Notes: generated by a model from the letters alone, not told the origin. A DNA stretch of 64,000 nucleotides from Anthoceros angustus (GCA_010909165.1 MU008192.1:186001-250000); one strand, 5' to 3'. Shown: positions 47,493-60,800, counted from the first letter of the stretch. Numbers and translations: made by a program.

Positions 47493-50400
47493 ATATGCGA
47501 CACTCCGGTGGATTTCTGTTCTCACCACATTCTTGAAGGCCAAGAGTGACCTTGACCTGGCAGATTTGCAGTCTCTTGCAGAACTGAGCCTCGACATCTT
47601 TCTGCAGTCCAATGACCATCTCTTTGTCCAGGTTCGATGGGGGCATTGCCTACTTACACTTGTCAAGAAGTACCGGAAAAAGCTTGTCTTGAGCATTGAG
47701 TGGAGGCCCTTCTATGTTCTGCTCCTCAATACTCACTTCAACAGACGTCATAGCTACGAAGGTCTAGCATTGAAGCAGACACACTTGGAGCTGGTGTCGT
47801 CATTGGTGAGAAGCTGTCACCGCTACTTCCCTTCAGAGTCTGCTGTGGAGATATGGGCCGAGTTCAAACCTGCCCTGGAGGATCTGTCTCACAATCTGGC
47901 GCTCGAAGCAGTGGGTTTCATTTCATTGTTTCTCCCCACCAAATCTGCGGCTTCAGATTGGGACCGTACTTTTTTCACTCCGCAATGGCTGGCAGACTGT
48001 CTCAAGTTATGGTCGGCAATCCCAAACTGCTACTATTGGAATCTGCAATGGTCCTCCCTGGTGGGACGATACATTCAGCACTGTGCCCCTGCTGTTGCTG
48101 ATTTGGAGCCCGTCATGCCTACTCTCTTCATGCACTTTCTGAGGTCATTTGAGGTACCTGTTGGGAAGGCCAGTGCATCATCGCCCGTACAGCGATCTGT
48201 TCCGCGTGAAGTTATGCTTGCCTTCAACTCTGGCTGGTCAACATCAAATGCTAAAGTGATAGCCAGGACCATTGTTTTTCTGCTGCATCCAGGGGGTTCA
48301 GCTCAGGGTCAGCTTGAGATTATTGTTGAGCTCCTTGAACAGTACTACCATCCGTCTAATGGTGGATCGTGGACGGCCTTTCTTGAACAGTTTCTTCGAT
48401 ATCTTGTCATGTTTTTCCTCAAGCGCCTGGCCAAGGAGCAAGGCAAAAGGTTGAAGTCAAAAAGTGGCATGGACTGTGACCACTTTCTAGGCCCGGAGGA
48501 ACGGGTGGCTTTTGTTAAAGCCATGTTAAAGCTAATCGAGAGGGGCCAGTACAGCAAGAATGGGCAGCTGGCAAGGACTGCTGCAGATGCGGCTACGAAC
48601 CTGGCATATGTGGAACCAGCCCTGGTTCTACCTCTGGTCATAGCTGGCTTTCAAACTGCCATGGATACTATCACAGCCACTCATCAGTTGGAATCAGCTC
48701 TGAACACTCTGGCGCTGGCTGCCAGATCTATACTGCTAGTGTCAGCAAGGGAGGTTGCCTCACGGCAGTCGGCTGACAAGGATGTGGACATGCTCGATGC
48801 CACCGAAGAGAACATGGCCGTCATGGGCTACAAGGAGGTCCTTGTCGCCGCCATGTTCGACACACTCCCTGGGATGGATGCCAACGACCCTCCCAAAACC
48901 CTGGCAACATTGCGGTTCTATTTCGCTGTCATATCAAGCATCCTAGTTTTGGGTGGCATCGAGGAAGGTGGGAATGTCTTCCTGCCAATTGACTGGTCTC
49001 TGTGGCTGGATGAGTTTCTCTCCCGTCTGTTTGTACTGCTGGTGCATTTGGAACCGAGTAGTCAGGCAGGAGATGTGGGAGTCGATGAAGGGTTCAGTCG
49101 GTCCTCTCATAGTTTTCTGCTACAGCGTGGATCCGTGTGTCATGCTATGATTGAACTCCTGTTTGGTAGGTTAACAAAGCCGCTCTTCCAGCAGGGTTTG
49201 AAAAAGGTGGCAAAGTTTGTGCACACCAGTGTCCTACCTGGAGCTTCAGACGAAATAGGTCTACTTTGCCGCGCAGCGGTATATGCCAGTCCGGTCGAGG
49301 CAACCGAAGTCCTTCTTAAGCCGATAATGATGTCCATAATCTCTGCCCTGGCTGAGGCTCCTTCCAGGGGTTTGAGGAATCAAGCAGATGGCAAGCTGGC
49401 AAGCTTGTCTCCTGCTCTGTCCACGTCAGTCTCTCACCAGATTAATGTTCTTGCTCTAGCTGTAACGTTTGGTGGAGAAGCTCTCCTCCCTTACAAGGAT
49501 CTGCTTAACAGGGTGATTGATGCAGCCTTTGGGGCACCTTCCACCAAGGTGAATGAGGCTGGCAGCCATCTGCTGAGTAATCTGCTGGGGAGTTTGATAC
49601 GATACTATCCACTTGAAGAATACAGGTATGGGGAGAATTATTTCGCTGACATTGAGGCATGGATGAGTATCAAGGACTTTGATGTGGAGACGTTCAAGGG
49701 TCAGGTGCCAGTATGGCATTCGCCAAGTGCAGAGGAAGTTGCATATGCCAACGCGTTGTTGGACTCACACCTGCGATGTGTACTCCCTGAGTTGCTGAGC
49801 TTTTGCCAGCAGGCACAGACAGGTGATGTTTTACGGCAGGAGAAGGAAGATCTGCGAGTAGTCCTTTTACGCATGGAAGCAAGTCTCCATGGTGTGAGAT
49901 CTTGCTTGCCTGATTTCAGGCGCCCATCGGGTGCAGATTTGTCTGGCCAATCTCTAACGGTTGCTGGGGCTGCCGGAGCCTCTGTTGGATCTGTGGAATT
50001 GCGAGAGGGGACTGCAGAAGCTCTTCATGTCGCATGTGAGTCTTTCCTGAAGGAGAGGGCAGATGACACCAAGCTGCTTCTGACTCTGGTGCGCGTCATT
50101 GGATTGACTGGGAACTATGGGTCGCTGGAATTTGAAGACTGGTTAGCTTGGAGATCATCTAGCAGAAGCTTTCTGGAGCCTCAGATCAATCTGATAACAG
50201 GCACATATACGAAGGGACCACGGCGTCCACAATGGTTCCTCATCGAAAAAGTCTACTTGCATAGTGAATGGCGAGCGTCCCAGGCTGGGTACAGGCCATA
50301 CACTTCCACAACCAAGAAGCTGGCTCCTCCAGCCCATGTTCTCTCGCTCTCCGGAGATCTCTTGAAACTCTCTCTCCATAATTATGATACTGTGCGAGGT

Positions 50401-52857
50401 CAAGCAGCAAACACCCTGAGCAAAATGCTTAAGAGGTTTCCTGCACTTGTGAAGGGTTGCATGCCACTGCTGACTGCATCGCTGCGAGGACCTGAGGCTG
50501 TTGAAGAGGCAGCTCTGGGAGCTTGTAGGGTACTCATGTCGAGGCATGTGATTCGGTGCCTCATGCAGGATTGGCCTTCGTTTGCTTCATTTTTGCTGTC
50601 TTTGCTTCGCAGTTCACATCTTGAAACTATAAAAGCCCAGGCGGCCATAAATGAGCTTTTTGTTGTGTTCTATGTGCGGTTTGGGGGAGTACTTCCGAGC
50701 GAAGCGCATGTCTCCGAGGATGGTCCCACGTATGATGGACTGATATCAGAAATCAAAGGCTTCTTGGCTGGCAATCAGGGAACAGTTCATTGGCGGTACA
50801 CATTGATGGCCCATGCCATGCTCCTGCTGTTGGTTACGCCTCCCAGATTGCTTGGCTCATCATATGGGGTAGATGTCACGTCAGCCTCCAGGCAGTATAT
50901 CACAGGGCAGTTCTTCTCCAATTTGAAGAGTGAGCTTCCGCCTCTCCGGCCCATGTCCATCATTGCCCTGCAATTCCTTCTCCAGTCTCCCTCGCAGGTG
51001 GCTGCAGAGGGCAGGTCGGATAATAACGTACCCAAATCAGGTGTTCAAGAATTCCCACTCTCTGTGGAAAGTACTATTGTGCAAGTTCTGCAGGATGGTG
51101 AGTTTTTTGCCAACGTTGTTCAGAACCTTGCCTTTGATCACCACTATCCAGAGGGACCGGGGAGGTCAGGCAGAAACAATTTTGCTGGATCGAGTCGACA
51201 GAGGATGTCAGATCTGGGTATCACGGCATATATGCCATCATTTATCAGGGAGTGGCCACGAACTAGGACTTGGGACATAACTTCCAGAGGTGAAGCGTTC
51301 TCAGCCAATTTAGCCAGGGTGTTTGAATATCTGGTTCAGGAATGTGGTGCAGCGGTGCTTGATACCTTGCGTGGCCCACTCGAGGATGCAGCCAACGCCG
51401 TGGATGAAAGGGGCAAGCAATGCGTTGCCTCTGAAATGTTTGCTGGTCTTCTGCATTCAGATGCCACGTGTGTGTTGGAGGCATGGGATGAATGGCTTGG
51501 ACCGTTATTGAGAAAGGTGGTCATGCAAGCAAACTTGGAATCTGTGACAGAATGGGCTGCCTGCATTCGTTTTGCTATGACTCGGAAAGGCAATGACGGA
51601 GTCAGTGAGCCATTGTTATCCAGGAAGATACTGGACTGCCTAGTGGAGCCAGTACCAGCCTCATCATCAAGTAGCCTGGTTGCAAGACGCTTGACCCTGC
51701 TGCAAGCGGCAGTTACGGAGCTACTGCCTGGGCCTGCCGGGATCAAGGGTTACAACTTCCAGGCAGCTCTGTTACGAGAAGCAGTGGATAGCATGGTTCA
51801 TCCTGCAGCCCAGGTTCGTGAAGCAGTGGGGAACATCATGTGTGTCTTGTTGTCAAACTTGAAGGGTATCTTGAATGCAGAGGGGATGGCTGTGGACCGT
51901 TCCTTTGCCGGGGTGTGTTACGAGGATTGGAGCTCGTTGTTGGTGCAAGGTGCTGTCACTGCCTCATCCAAGATTCAGACAATCAGCTCTGCATCAGCCC
52001 TGAGTTCCAGCGATAGCAATGCCAGCAGCAGTGATGGTGCTAGTGAGGAGAGCAAACAAGCGGTGAAGTGGATGGAGACTGCACTGTATTTCATGATTGC
52101 ATGTATCAAGTCTGGCAGAGCAGGGGTTGTTATCAGTACCATTGTGGGCCTCATCCGCCCTTTGCTGTCTTTGCAAGAGACATCTGAGAAGGAGCTGTCT
52201 GCCTTGGCCATGTTAGCCCTCCGGCTTCTCAACTATCAGCCATGTCCTGCAGCGCATCTCCCAGAAGCTGTGGCTGCGATCGTTCTGTCGACAGCGGACT
52301 CCAATTGGCACACGAGAGTGGCAGCGTTAGTGTCTATGCAGTGTTTCTTCTTCAGGCATACCTTCATCATGTCTGAGGAAGCTTCAACGCTGCTTTGGGG
52401 AACTGTCCGACAGCTGCTCTTTGATCCTCAGCTGGAGGTCCGGGAGCTGGCAGCAGAAACTTTGGCAGGAATGATGAAAGGGGCTGATGAGAAGCTGGTT
52501 ATCAGTTTTCGGGACGAGGCATTGGCTGAGGCTCTCACCTTCCAAAAGTCTGGAAGGAGGAAAAACAGGAGCAACACTGCTGGGTATCCGGTTGCCAAGG
52601 TTCATGGAATTGCACTCGGTCTGGCAGCTTGCGTGTTGAGTTCTCCTTATGACGTTCCTCCATGGTTACCTGATATCATCTCCGCTTTGGCGTGGTTCAT
52701 CAAGGAAGTTCCGCCCACCAGAGGTACGGTAACGAAAACCATAGCGGAGTTTCGCCGTACCCATTCAGACACGTGGGCCATTCAAAAGTATCTGTTCAGT
52801 GTGGATCAACTGGAGATACTGTCGGACTTGACTACTTCTGCGTCCTACTTTGTTTAG
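47341..52857 (+). CDS. PA200: Proteasome activator PA200/PSME4, single 5.5-kb exon
   Basis: HLCNAWLPPPI N-terminus, QVRWG, YYHPSNGGSW, DANDPPKT, YDVPPWLP, EFRRTHSDTW and C-terminal SYFV*. Uninterrupted ORF of about 1838 aa. Confidence 0.97.
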   Translation: MAEAVEAEKVHLCNAWLPPPIREGVAEERTKFHVAVQTVQSEWKPQEPQSRYATLRWISVLTTFLKAKSDLDLADLQSLAELSLDIFLQSNDHLFVQVRWGHCLLTLVKKYRKKLVLSIEWRPFYVLLLNTHFNRRHSYEGLALKQTHLELVSSLVRSCHRYFPSESAVEIWAEFKPALEDLSHNLALEAVGFISLFLPTKSAASDWDRTFFTPQWLADCLKLWSAIPNCYYWNLQWSSLVGRYIQHCAPAVADLEPVMPTLFMHFLRSFEVPVGKASASSPVQRSVPREVMLAFNSGWSTSNAKVIARTIVFLLHPGGSAQGQLEIIVELLEQYYHPSNGGSWTAFLEQFLRYLVMFFLKRLAKEQGKRLKSKSGMDCDHFLGPEERVAFVKAMLKLIERGQYSKNGQLARTAADAATNLAYVEPALVLPLVIAGFQTAMDTITATHQLESALNTLALAARSILLVSAREVASRQSADKDVDMLDATEENMAVMGYKEVLVAAMFDTLPGMDANDPPKTLATLRFYFAVISSILVLGGIEEGGNVFLPIDWSLWLDEFLSRLFVLLVHLEPSSQAGDVGVDEGFSRSSHSFLLQRGSVCHAMIELLFGRLTKPLFQQGLKKVAKFVHTSVLPGASDEIGLLCRAAVYASPVEATEVLLKPIMMSIISALAEAPSRGLRNQADGKLASLSPALSTSVSHQINVLALAVTFGGEALLPYKDLLNRVIDAAFGAPSTKVNEAGSHLLSNLLGSLIRYYPLEEYRYGENYFADIEAWMSIKDFDVETFKGQVPVWHSPSAEEVAYANALLDSHLRCVLPELLSFCQQAQTGDVLRQEKEDLRVVLLRMEASLHGVRSCLPDFRRPSGADLSGQSLTVAGAAGASVGSVELREGTAEALHVACESFLKERADDTKLLLTLVRVIGLTGNYGSLEFEDWLAWRSSSRSFLEPQINLITGTYTKGPRRPQWFLIEKVYLHSEWRASQAGYRPYTSTTKKLAPPAHVLSLSGDLLKLSLHNYDTVRGQAANTLSKMLKRFPALVKGCMPLLTASLRGPEAVEEAALGACRVLMSRHVIRCLMQDWPSFASFLLSLLRSSHLETIKAQAAINELFVVFYVRFGGVLPSEAHVSEDGPTYDGLISEIKGFLAGNQGTVHWRYTLMAHAMLLLLVTPPRLLGSSYGVDVTSASRQYITGQFFSNLKSELPPLRPMSIIALQFLLQSPSQVAAEGRSDNNVPKSGVQEFPLSVESTIVQVLQDGEFFANVVQNLAFDHHYPEGPGRSGRNNFAGSSRQRMSDLGITAYMPSFIREWPRTRTWDITSRGEAFSANLARVFEYLVQECGAAVLDTLRGPLEDAANAVDERGKQCVASEMFAGLLHSDATCVLEAWDEWLGPLLRKVVMQANLESVTEWAACIRFAMTRKGNDGVSEPLLSRKILDCLVEPVPASSSSSLVARRLTLLQAAVTELLPGPAGIKGYNFQAALLREAVDSMVHPAAQVREAVGNIMCVLLSNLKGILNAEGMAVDRSFAGVCYEDWSSLLVQGAVTASSKIQTISSASALSSSDSNASSSDGASEESKQAVKWMETALYFMIACIKSGRAGVVISTIVGLIRPLLSLQETSEKELSALAMLALRLLNYQPCPAAHLPEAVAAIVLSTADSNWHTRVAALVSMQCFFFRHTFIMSEEASTLLWGTVRQLLFDPQLEVRELAAETLAGMMKGADEKLVISFRDEALAEALTFQKSGRRKNRSNTAGYPVAKVHGIALGLAACVLSSPYDVPPWLPDIISALAWFIKEVPPTRGTVTKTIAEFRRTHSDTWAIQKYLFSVDQLEILSDLTTSASYFV

Positions 52858-53821
52858 TAGTACTACCGACCTATTGAAATTCGTTTTATTCGTTTCGCCA
52901 GAATGTGGCAGATTTTATTTGCTATTTGTTTGAATTATCTGTAGCCCTTTTCATTCAGGTGCCTAGATCCAAGATCCAAGAGCCGTTTTTTGTGTATGTG
53001 TCTGGTAGCTGGTTCTATGAAGCCTAGGTAGGGTGCACCCTTGAGCACCATAACAAGAGTTCCATAAGTGTGAGGGACGTCTGAGTTGCATCCTTGACCA
53101 AGATTACTTGGCTGGTGGCGTTCGGCAGTGTCGCTCAAAACGCGTTCCTAATGATCGCCGGCGGCTTGAAAGCCGTTCCTAATACTTAATCACCACAATG
53201 ATAGTCAACCACCAATCGGTCCATTGATGAAGGGTGGAAAGGAAAGAAGCGGCAAAAGGTTAAAAGGAAAGAAGTGGCAAAAAGTCAAAAGGAAATCAAT
53301 CATACGAGGGTGGAAGGCACATAAACACCTCTCCATGTCCAAGCAGACATAACAGGGTTCAAAAGATGTCGTACATGCGAGGTGGCCGATAGATTACTTT
53401 GAGGCACGTTGTGGACGGTCTTTTGCTAGCGAACCAACCGCTCTTTCTCCAGTCACTTGAGATCTCTCCAGTGACTACATACAAGGAAATCAGCCAGAAT
53501 TTAGTAATGTTGCTTGAAATTAACACTTTTTTCTTCAAGCATCACTCAGCACCTATGCTAATTACCTAACCTGACAGCGGAAATGACAAGGAATCACAAA
53601 TCACAACCCTGTAGATGCAGCTTACCTCAAACATCTACTTGTGTTATCAGATGTTGTAACAGTCATTGTCACAACACACCTTGTCATTCTCCCCAATTCA
53701 TATTAAATCAAGATAATAGCAATAGAGGTAAGCGAGGCACTATAAAATATAGTAAATCTGTCCAAAATCTCCTCACACCTGTACAATATAAAATCCAGGT
53801 GTTAGAAGAGGAAATTTCTGA

Positions 53822-56800
53822 AATGAAGCGCAAAGCAAAAGTTGATAATACTCTGCTACGTAAGGAACTAGGTCAACTAGCATCTAAATTAAATTGGCTA
53901 GAAACCAAAACACGTCTTTTGAAACCCATATCCAAGCCAGTTTACTCTAGTTTGTGACCCTGTAGTCTCCTACATACCTGGTAGCAGCCCATATCAACCT
54001 AAACCTGAACCAGCAGCCTTAACCTCTAGAAAATGTCATACACTGATGACTTTTTCAAGTCAGACATAACAATCTTGTAGGACACCTACACACACAAAAA
54101 AAAAACTAATCTTAGAATCTGCTCCAAGGTAGGGTTAGTCTTTTTAAAGCAACACAAAATGGGCTCTAGCCAACCCACAATAACACAAATACATACAACT
54201 AAAATTGAAATCAAGGATAGGGATAGGTTTAACGGTACAGATTTTGCAATATGGCGAATGCGAATGGAAGCCATATTTGAAGAACATGACCTGATTGATA
54301 TTGTTACTAGGGCTCTTGCTCAGCCTGAAAATCCTACTCCACCACCTGCAGCAGGATCTCCAGCATCCCTTGCTATTACCGCATGGCACAAGAATGATAA
54401 ACTAGCTCGCAGTATCCTCCTATCAGCACTTGATAGGAATATGATGCATCATACTCAAGGCCAGATGCTGCAGAAATTATGCGGAAAGTATTCAATGATA
54501 GTTTCCTGCCAAGGACCCGATGTCCTTGGTTAACTCTATACATCTCTTTTATACTCTCCGTATGAAGGAGTGAATCTTTGGAACAATATGTAAATAAGTT
54601 CCGCACCTCCAAGCTAAGTTATCCTCTGCAGGACATGATATAACAAAATCAGCTGCAACAATTTCTTGACTTCCCTACACACTCTGGAGTTTTGTAAGCA
54701 CACAAGCTTCATTAATGAGGAAAACACCCAGCTATACCTTATCCGAGCTTATTGGGGCTTTACTTGAAGAAGAATCCAGGGTGAGTTTGGGACGATCCTC
54801 CCATCACCCACAACAACATGTTTTATTTACCTCCGAGGTAGAGGCGAGGCCGTGGAGGATACAAACCTTATCCTAATCCACGGCGTCCTTATTCCGAGGA
54901 CAGTACATCAATCGCACTCATAGGGTTAAGGGCCCTTGCAACCTGTTGTCGATTCAGTCATTTTGAACATGAGTGCCGGAAGAAACTTGCGGGGAACCTA
55001 GGATGCGGCAGTGGTTCTGTTAGACCAAATAACAACAATTCAAAAACACCAGCCATTTTAGTCAGCTCGCTTTTCACTAACCAGGCGGTAGACACATGTG
55101 GTTTTACGGATTCGGGGTACTAACCATATTTGTCGATCCCATATGTTTATTACCACATCACAACAACTACACCGGTTCGTCCTCTTAGGGGATGATAGTG
55201 GACTTGCTATCCATGGAGTGGAGATGTTAGATTGCAACTCAATCATGGTCATGAGATCACTTTAAAAGGTGTTCTACATGTCCCAAAGATGACCAAAAAT
55301 TTACTTTTAATTCACAAGCTAACTTCAGATCACAGTTTGCAAATTACCTTCACACCTAAGTCATGTTTTGTGACTCTTGCTCATGATGAAGCTAGTCTTA
55401 GCTTGAGTCCCCTACCATGACACTGCAGTGCAAATCCAGACCACCAACACACATGGTGAGAAACAAGCCTTAGTTTCGGATGCTAAACACGGAGTTAGCA
55501 CAACTTTCCTTTGGCATGATGCCATCCTAGCCATGGATACTGCGGCAAGTTCTAAGACATCCGAGACCTATATAAGGATGGACTTACTTTTAAAGTCGAT
55601 GACAACTTGTTTTGTGAGAGCTGCCGGTTGAAGCTCTCTCAAAACCCTATAATGATCCATCTCCTACTAGGTAAAGTGGTATCGCCTCTGTTTAGCACGA
55701 GCAAAAGCATGAGAGCACAAGAGAATTATACATTAAGATCAAGAAAGGTATATAAAAGAGTGAGAGTATTGTAACTGCTTTTAAACCTAATAAGTTATCG
55801 ATGACCTAACCCTAATGAAGCGCAAAGCAAAGTTGATAATACTCACGTAAGGAACTAGGTCAACTAGCATCTAAATTAAATTGGCTAGAAACCAAAACAC
55901 GTCTTTTGAAACCCATATCCAAGCCAGTTTACTCTAGTTTGTGACCCTGTAGTCTCCTACATACCTGGTAGCAGCCCATATCAACCTAAACCTGAACCAG
56001 CAGCCTTAACCTCTAGAAAAATGTCACAGCATCGCTGACTTTTTCAAGTCAGACATAACAATCTTGTAGGACACCTACACACACAAAAAAAAAACTAATC
56101 TTAGAATCTGCTCCAAGGTAGGGTTAGTCTTTTTAAAGCAACACAAAATGGGCTCTAGCCAACCCACAATAACACAAATACATACAACTAAAATTGAAAT
56201 CAAGGATAGGGATAGGTTTAACGGTACAGATTTTGCAATATGGCGAATGCGAATGGAAGCCATATTTGAAGAACATGACCTGATTGATATTGTTACTAGG
56301 GCTCTTGCTCAGCCTGAAAATCCTACTCCACCACCTGCAGCAGGATCTCCAGCATCCCTTGCTATTACCGCATGGCACAAGAATGATAAACTAGCTCGCA
56401 GTATCCTCCTATCAGCACTTGATAGGAATATGATGCATCATACTCAAGGCCAGCAGACTGCTGCAGCTGTCTGGAAAGTATTCAATGATAGGTTTCCTGC
56501 CAAGGACCCGATGTCCTTGGTTAACTCTATACATCTCTTTTATACTCTCCGTATGAAGGAGTCAGATACTGTGGAACAATATGTAAATAAGTTCCGCACC
56601 CTCCAAGCTAAGTTATCCTCTGCAGGACATGATATAACAAAATCAGCAGCTGCAACAATTTTGCTGACTTCCCTACCTGCCAGCTACCGGAGTTTTGTAA
56701 GCACACAAGCTTCATTAATGAGGAAAACACCCAGCTATACCTTATCCGAGCTTATTGGGGCTTTACTTGAAGAAGAATCCAGCAGGGTGAGTTTGGGACG

Positions 56801-57881
56801 ATCCTCCCATCACCCACAACAACATGTTTTATTTACCTCCCGAGGTAGAGGCAGAGGCCGTGGAGGATACAAACCTTATCCTAATCCACGACGTCCTTAT
56901 TCAGGACCAGGCAGTACATCAACTGCACCACATAGGGTTAAGGGCCCTTGCAACTGTTGTCGTATTCCGAGTCATTTTGAACATGAGTGCCGGAAGAAAC
57001 TTGCAGGGGAACCTAGACGCTTTGCAGCAGAAACAAATGTTGCTGTTAGACCAAATAACAACAATTCAAAAACACCAGCCATTTTAGCTGTCTGCTTTTC
57101 ACTAACCAGGGCAGGTAGACACATGTGGTTTCTGGATTCCGGGGGTACTAACCATATTTGTCAGTCCCGCGATATGTTTATTACCTACATCACAACAACT
57201 ACCAGTCAGTTCGTCCTCTTAGGGGATGATAGTGGACTTGCTATCCATGGGTCTGGAGATGTTAGATTGCAACTCAATCATGGTCATGAGATCACTTTAA
57301 AAGGTGTTCTACATGTCCCAAAGATGACCAAAAATTTACTTTTAATTCACAAGCTAACTTCAGATCACAGTTTGCAAATTACCTTCACACCTAAGTCATG
57401 TTTTGTGACTCTTGCTCATGACAGTAAGCTAGTCTTAGCTTCAGGAGTCCCCTACCATGACCTGTATAGTCTGCAAATCACAGCAGCCACCAACACACAT
57501 GGTGAGAAACAAGCCTTAGTTTCAGATGCTAAACCTGGAGTTAGCACAACTTTCCTTTGGCACAGCAGACTATGCCATCCTAGCCATGGATACCTGCAGC
57601 AAGTTCTAAGACATCCAGACCTATATAAGGATGGACTTACTTTTAAAGCTGATGACAACTTGTTTTGTGAGAGCTGCCAGTTCGGGAAGCTCTCTCAAAA
57701 ACCCTATAATGATCCATCTCCTACTAGGTAAAGTGGTATCGCCTACGCTGGAGCACGAGCAGCAAAACGCATGAGAGCACAAGAGAATTATACATTAAGA
57801 TCAAGAAAGGTATATAAAAGAGTGAGAGTATTGTAACCGTTTTTAAACCTAATAAGTTATCGATGACCTAACCCTAATGAA
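53822..57881. repeat. ~2-kb tandem duplication; first copy about 70 bp shorter from scattered small deletions
   Basis: The junction motif AATGAA occurs at 53822, 55814 and 57876. Copy 1 includes about 150 bp of the LTR of element C. Confidence 0.92.
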
Positions 57882-60800
57882 ACGTTAATAAAACTAGAGT
57901 TAGGTATGAACTAAAAATATATTATCCAATACCCCCCCTCAGACCTAACTCAGGTAGAAACGCTTATGAAACGCTATCCAAAACTTGGCTGAGGAACGAG
58001 GGGGGCGCAAAACACTGTCTTCGGCTATGGTAGATCCACTCAGCTAAGCGGTTGCATGCCTGCTAGAGCTTGCAGTGGCTATCATGCTAGCTGCATGGAT
58101 CCTGCTTCCACCTCGAGGCACTGCACCATACAGAGCTGCGAGAAAGAGGCCAAAACATAACCTGACGGGAGGAGCTGAAGTGAAAGTGTTGGAGCAGAAA
58201 TCCAAGCTGCGGTGTGGAAAAAGAAAATTCTCCCTATCATCGGCCTCGGTGGAGAGAAGAGGAGCTGGTCATCTTCCAGGCTGCTTGCTTGCTTCCGCTG
58301 CCAGATGACTCCTTGGAAGAAAGTAAGTTGATAAGGTGCCCTAATTAAATACTAGTGTTGCTTCATCCAGGCTAGCAGGTGATCCGTGGACACGTTGTGC
58401 GCTAGGGATCAATGACATGCATGACACACGACTGGTGTGCGTTGAAAGGATGTCCCAATCTTTGATCAGGAGCTAAGCTCCTCCACCCTCAGTGTTGGTG
58501 ATGTGCATGCTTGAATCTTTCTTTGTCAATCAGCCTAATTGTCGATCGATCATGAGTTGCCTTTGGAAGTCCCTTTGTAAGCAGGTCAGCCACATTGGCT
58601 GAAGTATGCACATATTGAAGCTTGATTGTCCCCATGTCTGCTGTCTGACGGATAAAGTGAAATTGTATCTCTATGTGTTTAGATCTTGCATGCAGAATAG
58701 GGTTGGCTGTTAGGGCTATCGCTGACTGGTTATCGCACTGCAATAGAGCTGGTCCAGGCTGCTCCCAATGAATACCATCTAGAAATTGACGGACCCAAGT
58801 GATCTCACGGGCAGCCAAGGAAAGTGCACCATACTCGGCTTCAGTAGACGAGAGGCTGACTGTTGATAGCTTCTTAGATTGCCAACTAATTGCTGAGCCT
58901 TGCAGGAGGACACAATATGCAGCAATGGACTTGCGGGAGTCTACGTCTCCTGCCCAATCGGCATCTGAGAAAGAGGTGAGTACACTGTTGCCATCATGTG
59001 AGTACTTGAGGAACATATGTTGAGTTCCCTTCAAATAGCGAAGTATTCTTTTGACAGCCACCCAATGCTTTGGTCCAGGGTTTGCAAGAAAAGCGGGAAA
59101 CAATGCCAACGGCTTGAAATATCCGACGAGTCCATCCAGCAAGATAAAGGAGACTGCCAACTGCCTCCCTATAAGGTACAATTTGCATGGCTGCTTTCTC
59201 CAGATCTGTAAGAGGGCAGTCTTCTAATGACAGTTTGTCGCTTGTAGAAACAGGCGTGGAGACTGGATTGGCACCCTTTAGATTGAATTTAGTCAACAAT
59301 TGCCGAATGAAATGAGACTGGTGGATACATACATTGGTCATGTTCGGATCAAAAAGGAACTGAATGCTGAGGGCGAACTTCAAAGGGCCAACATCAGTCA
59401 TATCCCACTCTTGAGAAAGTTCATGTTTAATAGAAGAGAGGATCTGCTCATCACTGGCGAACAAGAAGTTGTCGTCCACATAAAGGGCGATGATACAGAT
59501 CTTCCCTGTCCTCTTGAGCACATACACACTGCAATCTGCAGCTAAAGGTACAAATCCAAGCTTACGAAGCTTTTTATCTGCCCTTGCATTCCGCATTCGA
59601 GCTGATTGTTTCAAGCCGTATAAGGACCTGAGCAGGTGACATACCAAGCGTGGATCAATGACGTACCCTTCAGGCTGAGTCATATAAATAGTCTCGGTAA
59701 GGTCTCCATTTAAAAACGCTGTCTTGACGTCCATTTGATGGACAAGTAGCTTGTGTTTTACAGCATAACATAGCAGAATTCGCATAGAAGTAGGTTTTAC
59801 CACTGGAATGAATGTTTCTGTGTAATCCAGGCCTTGGACCTGCGTATAACCACGTGCAACTAACCTTGCCTTATAGCGAGCCACAGAGCCATCGTGGTTC
59901 TAATTTGAACACCCACTTCGATGTAATAGGCCTCCTATCAGCGGGCAAGGTAACAAGTTCCCATGTCTTGTTGTCAATTAAACTCTGATATTCTGAGTCT
60001 ATTGCTTTTTGCTATTCGGCTTTCTGTGGCCCAGATAACGCCTCTTGATATGTTAATGGTGTGTCAGGAGGGTCAAGTACGGATGAAGCCATAGCATGGG
60101 CAAAAGCTGTGAGACTAGCACGAGGTGGTGGATCGTCCAGAGGGGGTTGTGCTACTGGTGCTACTGGCTGGTTACGAGAAACGAGGCTATCTCCAAGTAC
60201 GTAAGGGGGATCAATCCACTCTGATCTAGAGCGATGTGTACGAGCTGATCTCCTGAGAGGTAAGGGTTCCAACTCTGGTTCAGGAGCTGGTACGTCTAAG
60301 GGTGTCGACAAGAGGTACATTCTGCTCATCTAAGTCTAAAGCATTTGGTAAAACATCTGCAGGTGGAGGATCCTGATCTACTGGATCTAGCGGTTGACCA
60401 GCAACAGGGCCATGGACAAACTGCGATTGAGGGTGAAAAATTACAGCAATGTGTTGGGCGCAGTGGGGTGATGTCGTTGTTGGCCAGTATCACGACCACA
60501 ACTAGTTTCGGAGAGAGAAGCGCGTTCTTTGGCATAATCTCTTGAGACATTTTGCAAGCAAGTCACTTGCGCATTCTCTCAAATCGCTCCCATTGGCTAT
60601 ATGCCTGCCAGAATTGCTTGCGGGCTCTAATGTAGGCTTGTTTCTCCTCCTCATCCGGGAGTAATGGTGGGCTGCACCCACCGGGCGACTTATGTCTGAT
60701 CACGTGCATCCATACGCCACAATTACACTCTAATTGCGATGCTTAGACATGAAGGATTGTAGAAGCAATTTATGCATTATTGCTCTGATACCATAAAGTG

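Noticed and set aside
53583-53957. 124-aa coiled-coil-like ORF upstream of Copia B gag (possible extra ORF)
   Set aside because: The element's 5' LTR and PBS could not be located, and there is no homology evidence.
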